Source of the DNA: Octopus vulgaris
Lineage: Eukaryota
Direction: 5' to 3'
Length of the DNA stretch: 64,000 nucleotides
Assembly (NCBI GenBank): GCA_951406725.2
Contig: CATOCA020000003.1
Span: 629,710-693,709 of the forward strand
Below are positions 39,307 to 50,199 of this stretch, one piece after another. The notes below the pieces were generated by a model. That model was not told the origin of the DNA and made no database searches. It was given only the letters and a program-made list of their open reading frames with translations. The position numbers and the translations under genes are program-made. How positions within the stretch are numbered: position 1 is the stretch's first letter; every line of letters begins with the position of its first letter.

Positions 39307-41757
39307 ATCATCATCATCATTTAATGTCCGTTTTCCGCGCTAGCATGGGTTGGACGGTTCGACCGGGGTCTGGGAAGCCAGGGGCTGCACCAGGCTCCAG
39401 TCTGATCTGGCAGTATTTCTACAGCTGGATGCCCTTCCTAATGCCAACCACTCCGCGAGTGTAGTGGGTGCTTTTTACATGCCACCTGCACAGGTGCCAG
39501 AGGGATCTGGCATCGGCCACGATCGGTTGGTGTTTTTATGTGCCACCGGCACAGGAGCCAGTCGAGGCGGGGTTGGCATCGGCCACGTTCGGATGGTGCT
39601 TTTTATGTGCCACCGGCACAGAAGCCAGTCGAGGCGGCACTGGCAACGGCCACATTCGGATGGTGCTTTTTACATGCCACCTGCACAGGTGCCAGAGGGG
39701 TCTGGCATCGGCCACGATTGGTTGGTGCTTTTTACGTGCCACCGGCACAGAAGCCAGTCGAGGCGGGGCTGGCATCGGCCACGTTTGGATGGTGCTTTTT
39801 ATGTGCCACCGGCACAGAAGCCATTCGAGGCGGGGTTGGCATCGGTCACGTTCGGATGGTGCTTTTTATGTGCCACTGGCACAGGTATCACTACTACTAT
39901 TTCCATTGATATTTGTTTCGATGTTCATGTACATGCACTGGACTCAACAGGTCTCCTCAAGCACAGCGAGATGTTCCGGGATCCAAGGTACTTTGAATGG
40001 GCAGGGGCTATGCGGAACTGGTGCCGGAAGCATCCCGGGTTTTAGTAGTCACAGCATATCTCCAGAGATCTCGGTCCTTCGCCATTGCCTCAGTGAGGCC
40101 CAACGCTCTGAGGTTATGCTTGACTACCTCATCCCATGTCTTCCTGGGTCTACCTCTCCCCTGATACCTTCAACTGTTCGGGAGTGGCACTTCTTCACAC
40201 ATCTCTCCTCATCCATCCGCAGTACATGACCATACCATCGCAAGCGTCGCTCTTGCACACCGCATCTGATGCTTCTTATGCCTAGCATTTCTCTCAGGGT
40301 GCTTACACTCTGTCGTGCATTCACACTGACATTACACATCCAGCGGATCATGCTAGCTTCATTTCTTTCAAGTCTACGCATGTCCTCTGCAGTCACGGCC
40401 CATGTTTCACTGTCGTGAAGCATGGCAGTTCGCACACATGCATCATACAATCTACCTTTCACTCTGAGTGAGAGACCCTTTGTCGCCAGTAGGGGTAGGA
40501 GCTTTGTAAACTTTGCCCAGGCTATTCGTATTCTAGTGGTGACACTCTCTGAGCATCCACCCCCACTACTAACTTGGTCACCCAGGTAGCGGAAACTATC
40601 AACTACTTCTAGTTTCTTCCCCTGGAGTGTGATGGAATCTGTTTTCTGAGTATTTGTGGTGTCTATTGTCCCTGTGCATCTGCCGCACATGAAAGCTATC
40701 TTATCAGTTAATTTCCCTTTGATGTTGCTGCACCTCTTATGCGTCCATAGCTTACACTGGGTGCATCTTATGGAGTTTCTACCTACACCTTTCCTACAGC
40801 TCGAGCAGGGCCACCTGCCTGATGGGGTGTGTGCTGAGTTCGCCTTTCTGCTTACTATAACTTTGGTCTTCGCTACATTTACTCTAAGGCCCTTTGATTC
40901 TAACCCTTGTTTCCACACCCGAAATTTCTTTTTTAGTTCCGGTAGTGATTCTGCTATGAGGGCCAGGTCATCAGCATAGAGGAGCTCCCAGGGGAAACCT
41001 GTTTTGAATTCCTCTGTTATTTCCTGGAGGACTATGATGAATAAAAGAGGACTGAGGGCTGAGCCTTGGTGTACACCTACTTCTACCCGGAATTCTTCAC
41101 TATATTCGTTGCCAATCCTAACCTTGCTGACAGCCTCTCTGTATAGAGCCTGTACAGCCCTTATTAGCCATTCGTCAATCTCCAGTTTCCGCATCGACCA
41201 CCAGATAAGGTATTGGGGAACCCTGTCAAAGGCTTTCTCCAAGTCCACAAAAGCTATATAGAGGAGTTTATCTTTAGCTAGGTACTTCTCCTGCAGTTGT
41301 CGGACCAGGAATATAGCATCAGTGGTGCTTCTAGCACAAAACCGAACTGCATCTCATCTAAGCAAATTCTCTCCTTAATGAGATGGGTTATGACCCTCTC
41401 TGTGACCTTCATCACCTGATCCAACGGTTTAATACCCCTGTAGTTATTTCTATCTAGAGCATCACCCTTACCCTTGTAGCAGTTGACTATGGTGCTGCTA
41501 CGCCAGTCATTGGGTATGATTCCATTATGAACTACCTGGTTAACAATACGGGTGACTAGGCCATAGCCCACATAACCAGCTGTTTTAAGCATCTCAGCAG
41601 TGATACCTGATGGGCCGGGGGCTTTACCTGGTTTCATACCCTTAATTGCCTTAACTACAAGGGAACTGTCTATTTGGATAGCTGGTCCCTCTACTGGGTC
41701 AATATTTGGCAGGCTCTCCTCCTCCCATTCATTCTCCACATTCAGCAGTCTTTCATA
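39307..41757 (-). mobile_element. RTE LINE, 5'-truncated, with expanded 3' UTR tandem array
   Basis: ORFs 41278-41769 and 40124-41248 (DLEKAFD, YADDL, PHD finger); about seven 60-bp units at 39465-39885; (GAT)n tail. Confidence 0.93.
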
Positions 41758-42689
41758 AGGCTTATACATATATATACATATCTTCCTCTGCTGCTACCCC
41801 ATTCTCATTCCTTGAATTTCTTCCTTGTCTCTTCTTGGCTTCATCTATAACCAGGATGATTCTGCTCTAACTTATGACTTGGCTATGCTAGCAACATATC
41901 CCTTCTCTTTTCTCCCTCTTCTCCTTACTTCCACATATCTTCCTCTGCTGCTACCCCAGCCTTATATCGCAAATTCCTCCCTGCGTCTTCCTGGCTTCAT
42001 CTATAACCAGCTCCTACCATCTTATAATTTCAAAATCTGCCCCTCTATTCCCTCTTTCCCTATCTCAACAGTCCACTTCCTCTGCTACCCCACCCCCATT
42101 TTGTACTTCATTCATTGTCTCATCCTCTAGTTTTCTATAGCCTCAATCTTCCTTGATCAATTAAAGGTCTTCGTATACCACTAACAGCATTTCCTTTCAG
42201 AATACTAACCTATTTCATCCCTTCCCTCCATCCTCGGACTCACCACTTTTACTTTTATTCAATTATCCTCCACCCCCAGATTACTTAACTCACCATCATA
42301 TTTCTTATCTCTTCTTGCTCTTTATCTACTTCAACACTCCCCCTCCTTAAGTTGCCTGCATCCTCCCTCTACTTGCCTTTTACTCCTCTCTTCCTCTTCT
42401 CCCATTCAACCTTTAAATCTCTTGCACTATGATGTGAACTGATATCTGCCAATTTCCCGCCTGACCAAAGAAGCTGATATTACAGTAGTCTCTGTGCACC
42501 CATCTACTGGTTGCATATCCATGGCATTTTGCACATTTCATCTGCTAATTATGAAGATTACAACTATTATGTAATTCCAAACTCCCAGAAAAAGCTGTTG
42601 AATTAAAATACGATGCATTCCTTTATTTAGTTTTCTGTACTTTTTATACTCCATATAAAAATGAATTTATTTGTCAATATATTGCCAGT

Positions 42690-42925
42690 TTTATGTAAAT
42701 GGCGCTTGTAAAATCGTAGCCGTGGCTATCGCTAGTGTCATGTAAATAGCATCCATGCTGGTAGCACATAAAAACACCCATTACACTCTTGGAGTGGTTG
42801 GCATTAAGAAGAGCATCCAGCCATAGAAACCATGCCAAATCAGAGTGGAACCTGGCGCAGATCTCTGGCTTACCAGTTCCAGACAAACCATCAAACCCAT
42901 CCCAGCGTGGAAACTGGACTTTAAA
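42690..42925 (+). mobile_element. Old RTE 3' UTR fragment
   Basis: ggagtggttggcattaagaagagcatccagcc..aaacccatcccagcgtggaaa. Confidence 0.7.
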
Positions 42926-43010
42926 TGGAATAAACATCTTGTACATATGAATTTACCTTCTGAATATATTTAGTGTTTTTTTATCTATCTATCTCTCTCT
43001 CTCTCTCTCT

Positions 43011-43057
<47 letters not shown>

Positions 43058-43164
43058 AAAATTCAGGGTGAATACTTGATAACTGTAAGCACCTGTATAT
43101 GCCAGTTAGTGGTGTAGGTGATAGGGTATATTTATCAAAAGAAAAACAGGATGCAAAGGATTTA

Positions 43165-43251
43165 GCGGTACATATGTTTCTGGCTTTATTGGATAGTTTA
43201 TATCAATGCATAATTGATGTAACATGTATGTCAATAGCCTTCTTCAGCCGC
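43165..43251 (-). ncRNA. Type I hammerhead ribozyme, intact core
   Basis: GCGG-CTGAAGA-AGGCTATTG...CAATAAAGCCA-GAAA-CATATGT-A-CCGC; palindromic stem III, GUA site. Confidence 0.8.
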
Positions 43252-43789
43252 GCACAATTACCACACCAAAGACATGTATTACTTGGAGTGGAAGGGGGTG
43301 AATCTTTAATGAGTTTGGGATCACAGAGTAAAAATATAAAAAAAGTAAAAATGTAAAGAAAGAGTAAAAATGTAGAAAAATCAGTGTATAAGTATATAAA
43401 GATACAAAGGATGTCATATGTCTGGTCTGAAGTTCTAGAGCTGTATTGTGACAGTGTAGATGTGGAAAATAACATGGAAATATAAATAAATAAAGATAAA
43501 GAGGTGAAAAAATAAAGACGAAAAATAAAAATATAAAGGGATAAAAAAATAAAAAGGTGGACATAAAGATAAAGTAAGGTACAGAAAAAAATATATGCCG
43601 GTTAGTGAAGCTTTAGGATGTATTGGTGGGTGTCATAAATTAAAACTTAATTATCTGGGGAGCTGTATGAGAGCAGGCGGATGGTCAGTTTAAGTTGTCT
43701 GCTCCAAGTTGGTGTGTGTCTAAAAGTTTATCTGCTTTCTCATAAAAACCGGCTGGGACCATATTATTATCAGTCAACATATATATATA

Positions 43790-44453
43790 TATTGTTATCG
43801 CCATATTAATATGGCATTCTTATAGATATAAGAATAATCGCTGCCATGGTCAGCTCCATGAGGCCACCGCCATCAAGATAGCTATTGATACACGATCTGT
43901 ATCCATTATAACCTTCGAACAAGGGAGGTCAGCCGCTTCACACTGCCAATCCGACAGCTACAGATGCATTTCGGGGTATTGCCCCTTGTCAATGTAGCGC
44001 AGTCAGACCCGCAGGTGTCGCCACTGACGTCTCTGTTCGAAGGCTTATATTTACCTAGTTTCAGTGGAATACATCCACTTGTTTTCAATAATAGAAATAT
44101 TAAAATTACTAAGTCTCTATAAAAGAGATTACGGCAACGTTTACTGGAAATTAATTGTTATCGCCATATTAATATGGCATTCTTATAGATATAAGAATAA
44201 TCGCTGCCATGGTCAGCTCCATGTAGCTGTCGGACTGGCAGTGTGAAGCGGCTGACCTCCCTTGTTCGAAGGTTATAATGGATACAGATCGTGTATCAAT
44301 AGCTATCTTGATGGCGGTGGCCTCATGGAGCTGACCATGGCAGCGATTATTCTTATATCTATAAGAATGCCATATTAGTATGGCGATAACAATTAATTTC
44401 CAGTAAACGTTGCCGTAATCTCTTTTATAGAGACTTAGTAATTTTAATATTTC

Positions 44454-44458
<5 letters not shown>
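43790..44458. repeat. Direct plus inverted repeat module with a degenerate hammerhead (43956-43998, minus)
   Basis: 43790-43960 recurs inverted at 44222-44392; arms 44088-44223 and 44331-44458; CTACA-TTGACAA-GGGG-CAATA-CCCC-GAAA-TGCAT-C-TGTAG. Confidence 0.85.
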
Positions 44459-44492
<34 letters not shown>

Positions 44493-45500
44493 CATGTACA
44501 CGCCCACGCACACACATATGCATGCATATATATATATACACACGCACACATATATATACATACATATACACCCGTATAAAGGTGCCGGCACGGATACACA
44601 TATACATACATACCGCTACGCAGATACCCAAACCCACACATAACTAAATACATATATACATACACATATCTATACATCTACACACGTATCCGTATACATA
44701 TAAATACATACACACACATACATATATACGTGCCCGCATATAAACATACTCATATACGTACATACATATATATCTCAATATACACACACATACACAAAAG
44801 CATATAGGTACGCATATACACACATGGAAAGAAGTGCATGCAGCTAGGTACAAGAACCCACGCACATACGTATATATGCACACACACATGCATACACACA
44901 TACATAAGTAAGCAAATCTCTATGCATATACACACATATGCGTATATGCATATATACATGTACACTCACACAAACACCCCCCAAAAAATATATATACTCG
45001 CACACATAGATACACCCACAGACATGTATATAGACATATGCGTACACATACATACACCTATACATACATATACATATATATATATATATATATATAATAC
45101 ATATATATATATACATGTACACATATACGTATATATACCCATCCTTACACCCATATATACACATACACACACACATATATATATGTGTACATATGCATAC
45201 ATATACATATGCATAAGCACATGTGTACACATATACAATGAAACCCATACATAAACAAACACATGCATACATCGACATGTATGCGTCCATAGAGGTTCAT
45301 TCAAGTTCATGTGCACACACACCCGTTTATATATGCATATATACACACGTCCTCACGCGTGCATAAGTACACATAAATACATATATACAAACACACCCAG
45401 GTTCAAGAACATAGACATATGTACATATATCCCCACATGCACAGAAACAGGTATACCCATTCCCATGTCTACACACGTGCATATGTATCCTGATGCACTC
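44459..45500. repeat. TA/CA-rich low-complexity tract
   Basis: Direct inspection. Confidence 0.9.
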
Positions 45501-45620
45501 GGACAAAGGGGTACTAGAAATGCGTATATGAGGATTTGCATCCCTAACGTAACTCGTCTTTTTCCCAAACTTCTCAAACCTGCTATAATATAATACATGT
45601 CTTTGGTGTGGTAATTGTGC

Positions 45621-45707
45621 ACGGCTGAAGAAGGCTATTGACATACATGTTACATCAATTATGCATTGATATAAACTGTCCAATAAAACCAGAAACATAT
45701 GTACCGC
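45621..45707 (+). ncRNA. Type I hammerhead ribozyme (inverted copy of 43165-43251)
   Basis: CGG-CTGAAGA-AGGCTATTG...CAATAAAACCA-GAAA-CATATGT-A-CCG. Confidence 0.75.
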
Positions 45708-45883
45708 TAAATCCTTTGCATTCTGTTTTTCTTTTGATAAATATATCTATATATATATAAAAAGTTACTTGGAGAAAAGAAACGAAACGACGCGAGGGCA
45801 CTCAGTCATACAATAATTTAATAAATAAAATATATTGCATACATACATATATGTACGTACCTACATCTACATGTATATATACA

Positions 45884-45923
<40 letters not shown>

Positions 45924-46045
45924 TACAGGACACCACAAATAAACATAGAACTCGACGAAAAACGAAAACATAAAAACAAACTAGGAAACGGACTTTTTTT
46001 AACAACGCAAAAACAGAGTACAAGACAATCAATACAAGGAATATT

Positions 46046-46122
46046 CCCCTTTATCAGCTGTCCCTGGTTCGACTCAATGCGTGTTTCGAAGGTAAGGACA
46101 GAACACGATCCGGTCGAACCAG
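46046..46122 (-). ncRNA. Hammerhead-like RNA with non-circularly permuted strand order
   Basis: CTGGTTCGAC-CGGAT-CGTGT-T-CTGTCC-TTA-CCTTC-GAAACACG-CATTGA-GTCGAACCAG-GGACAG-CTGATAA-A-GGGG; stems I, II and III all pair in register. Confidence 0.6.
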
Positions 46123-46427
46123 TCCTTCCTGCAAATTAATTAAATAAAATTCCTTTGCTAGGGGTAAAAACAAGGAAAGAAAAAAATGTGACACATAACC
46201 TTCTACATTTAGAAGGCTGGCTGGATTAAATTTTTCTCCTTTAGATTAGAGAGTTTCTAATTTCATTTAGAATGAATGTAGTATAGGACTGAGAGATAGA
46301 TGCTGTGTGGATTCATGGATTTTCTGGTAACAAATAAATACGCATTGCATGGGTCCTTCGGTAGGTAATATATGCTATTACCGTACCTGCAGGATTAACT
46401 AGACACAATTTGTAAATCAGTACTCAC

Positions 46428-46473
46428 CATATAAGAATTGTATGCATGATTAAACATCTCAAGAACTTGATCT
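46428..46473 (-). CDS. EDEM3: Internal coding exon of an EDEM3-like ER alpha-mannosidase (GH47)
   Basis: ttttttgttttttag|A GAT CAA GTT CTT GAG ATG TTT AAT CAT GCA TAC AAT TCT TAT ATG|gtgagt; DQVLEMFNHAYNSYM resembles the EDEM3 segment NQVLEMFDHAYGNYM (recalled, not searched). Confidence 0.75.
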
Positions 46474-47431
46474 CTAAAAAACAAAAAATTGAAATATATT
46501 AGAAAATATTTAAAATAACATCTCATATTTACTTTCATTCACACAACAATATGCCAAATGCTTAAATTATATTCCTGGTAAAATGAAATAAGTGAAATAA
46601 ACATCAGCAATACTTTAACCCATGCAGGAGCTGCAGGGGTTACTCCAAAGTGTTGTAAACTCTTCTAAATTCAATTTCATTCATTATTGTTTTATCTGTC
46701 TTCCTTATAGTAATTTTGATTTGTTAGTTGTTCCAATATTTTGTCTTAATAATAGTTTTTGCTCATAATAACTATCGCCTCACCCTAATTGGCTTCTTTT
46801 AGGATGATTGAGTTGTTCTTCAGTGTTAGTATAGCCCCTTTTTCTTTACAAATGTTTTCTTTGCATTTATGTGTACTGAGAGGGAATCTGAAAACTGAAT
46901 CTAAATGCTTGTCATTCCCCCAGACTCATCATTTACATTCTTATTGCCTAAGAATTTTATAAGGCAGAAGTATTGATTCAAATGTTCAATGTCTACTTTT
47001 AGTTCTATGAGGTTAGAAGCAGGTGTAAGAGTAAATGTGAAGCCTTTCAGTAAAAGATCAATATATTTTTGTTGAAGTTTCTTTACAATAAATTTATAAC
47101 TTTAGGCTTTACATGTTCAGTGGATTTATTTAAAATTTTGTTTAATCAGATCTGGGGCCAAGTTGTAGTACATTTTCCCAAAACAGGAATTGTAATATTG
47201 TGTTTTTGTTTCCTGTTTCTGGGGTCAGTTCTTGTTTGGGCTCTCACATTAACAAATTACTCTCATAAGGTATATAAGTGAATTATTCTTAAATTAGGGA
47301 TAGAGAAAGGAAGGGCATCCAGCTATAAAGCAATACCTCAATAATATATTTATCTAAACCATGCTAGCATGGAAAAACAAGTCTGAAAGTTTAACAGCAG
47401 GTAGGCAGGACGACACACACACAAGCGCACG

Positions 47432-47487
<56 letters not shown>

Positions 47488-47889
47488 TAATGATCTGCAG
47501 CATTAACTTCAGAAAACCAACCAGTCACCTGAACACCTAGCAATCTAGTGATCACACGAAACAAAACTACATTCTCACCAGAAAGTGGAAAAAAACAGAT
47601 GATCATAAATGCAAAGTCCTACCCAACATAAGTTTGTTACTGTTAAAAACTTTAGACTTTGAGCTACTCCTAGAAGCAAACTAGTCTGGAAAAAAAAAGA
47701 TAGCAATACAGGGCCACATCAGCTTCATATGTGAAGAAGTGATAGGAGAAATAGTGTAAGAAGGAAGAAGGAAAGAGTAATAGAATGAGGAGAAGGGGGC
47801 AAAGTTGAAAGTGAGATGAAAGGACAAAATAAGGTGAGAGAGGAGTTGAAGGCTTAGATAGGGTTCAAGGAATTAAGAGGAGGTGTAGG

Positions 47890-48560
47890 AGTAGAAGGGT
47901 AAACATTCATTTAAGCCTATTGATGATATGGTGCCAAGTTCAAATATAAAACATTACTTCTATTTCTTTCAGAATGTGGATCTATGGTCCAGGGCATCAC
48001 CACATACTATTGTATTCAAGTGAAAGGTTGGCCAAGAAGACATAGTAATATGCATTGAATATGCTTTTGAAAGCAATCAGCAGGGTATTGGTCTGTTTCC
48101 CCAATGTAAAAGATACTGCAAAGTTTGCATATGATGCAACATACAAGGTTATATGATGCGCAACAGAAGTTCTGAGTAACATGATGTATTTTTTTAGGCC
48201 TAGTGATGGCAGTAGTATTGTTAATGCAGGGGCAAGTATTGCATTGTAGGCAAACATATTTAAAGTACCTGGTTGTGTGGGGCTGGACATTCTGGAGCTT
48301 CTTACTAGAATTCTGAGGTTCTTATTTTTTAAAGGCAAGGAGGTGGTGTAGGAAAGTAGGGGTCAGAAACTAGAATACGAAAGTTGTTGATGAGTTTAAC
48401 TTTCAATGGATGGAAGGTAAGAGCAAAGGGAATATAGTCTGTACAAGTGCATAAGGATAGTAGGTGAGTGGTAGTGCATTTGACGCCTGTGTCCAGTGGT
48501 GTTCTGAGTCCAAAACTAAGTGAGTATATCCTTAATTTAGGAAGAATTGTTGCATTATTT
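47890..48560 (-). mobile_element. Old Penelope-like C-terminal/GIY-YIG fragment
   Basis: Frameshifted NLVCCIICKLCSIFYIGETDQ..ADCFQKH; KNLRILVRS. Confidence 0.6.
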
Positions 48561-48569
48561 GGCACTTCC

Positions 48570-48985
48570 TTGCCACTTTCTTTTCAGAATCACTAAGTGT
48601 AAGTGTATCATCATCCATCCGTACACACTTCTACGACATGACAATTTTTCTCTGGCACACTATCTTACAATCCAGAAACCTCATGCTTCTGATTTTTGCA
48701 CTGCAGAATATTGGCAAACCTCTTCCTTTCAGCTTCTACCCAGCTAAATAGACCTCTTGACTAACTTGACTTCTAGTTCTCTGCTACCCCAACTCTTCTG
48801 GTCTTTCTTTGCTTTTATCACTTTGTATACTACACTGCACCACCACCATGTTACCCTTAGTCTGGTTGGAACTTTGTACAAGCCACAGATTTGGTCTGCA
48901 GCGCTCAGTAGGTTGTCCTGTAGGAACTTCCAGTTGCCTTTTATGTTATACATCTCTATTTCCTCCTCCTCCTAGTCAAATGCCT
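48570..48985 (-). mobile_element. RTE internal fragment
   Basis: NWKFLQDNLLSAADQICG..VTWWW as in the other RTE copies. Confidence 0.8.
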
Positions 48986-50090
48986 CCATTGTTTTTCTTC
49001 ACCTCTTAGACATTTATGGAACGTTTTCCGTTAAGGACATTTTACATTCAGGGGAACAGAAAAAAGTTGCAAGTAGCAAGATCAGGCAAATAGGAAAGGT
49101 AGGTAAGCAAGGTCAGGCCATTTTTGGTAAAAACTGTCTCAAACTCTAGACGGTGTGCGCAGGTGCATTGTCATGATGAAACCACCACTTTCCACTTAGC
49201 CACAAGTTGAGGTATTTTCATCTCACTGTCCCACAAACGCTTCAGAACTGCCAGGTAAAATGACTGGTTAGCAGTTTGATCAGGAGGAATAAATTTTGCG
49301 GACAATTCCTTTTGCATCGATGAAAGAAATCAGCAGCATCTTGACATTGGACTTCACTTGACGTACTTTTGGGGACGTGGTGACATTGACTGCTTCCACT
49401 GATTTGATTGCTGCTTCGTTTCCAGGTCGTAGCCGTAACACCAGCTTTTGTTACCTGTGATGACCTTCAGAAAAAGATTTGGATCAACTTCCAACTGTTC
49501 TTTCATTTCACAACATGCATTCAGTCATGACTGCTTTTCATTTTCCATGAGCAAACGAGGCACAAATTTTGCTGCAACTCTTTTCATTCACAATTCCTTG
49601 CTCAAACCTCACTGGCAGGACCTCTAGGACACACTAATCTTATCAACAAATTCGTCGATTGTTCACTGACGATCCTTCAAGATCAGTTCACTAATTTTTG
49701 TGATGTTTTCATCCTGAACAAGGTTGGTCTTCAAGTGACAAGTGACCATTTCTTAAGAGTCAAACCCACTTGTAAACTTGTGCTTTGCTCATGGCAGCAT
49801 CTCTATGAGCAGTTTGAAGCATAACTGTTTCAGTCGCTGTTTTCCCCAGCTGAAAACAGTATTTCATGGAAGCATGCTGTTCCTTCATTTCAGCCATCAC
49901 AAAAATCAACAAACAGGGAGAAGCACTGCAAATCAAAGATGTACCACATGGCAGTGCAACTCCACTCAACAATGATAGCTGGCAGATTGATGCCTGAGAG
50001 TCACATCAAGTGGCTTATAGCAGCAGAAACCTGAACTACAACAGGCTTGTCCCACAGAGAATGTTTCCAGTTGCTTTTAAGTACCCCCTC
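48986..50090 (-). mobile_element. Mariner transposon, decayed, 3' end missing
   Basis: One TIR-like end (ta-tgagggggtacttaaaag); KYCFQLGKTATET, QVKSNVKMLLISF, HHDNAPAH, YLPDLA motifs. Confidence 0.8.
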
Positions 50091-50199
50091 ATATAATAAC
50101 ATATAAATATATACATAGAATCACACACATATAAATATATACATACATATACACACATATATACATATAAATATCACACACACACACACACATATAGAG

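Noticed and set aside
39465-39885. CRISPR-like regular repeats
   Set aside because: The intervening parts are homologous to each other, the array lies in an RTE 3' UTR, there are no cas genes and the context is eukaryotic.
42470-42560. Minus-strand ADEM peptide as the next EDEM3 exon
   Set aside because: No HAYP or MPLxC context, an early stop and no convincing splice sites.
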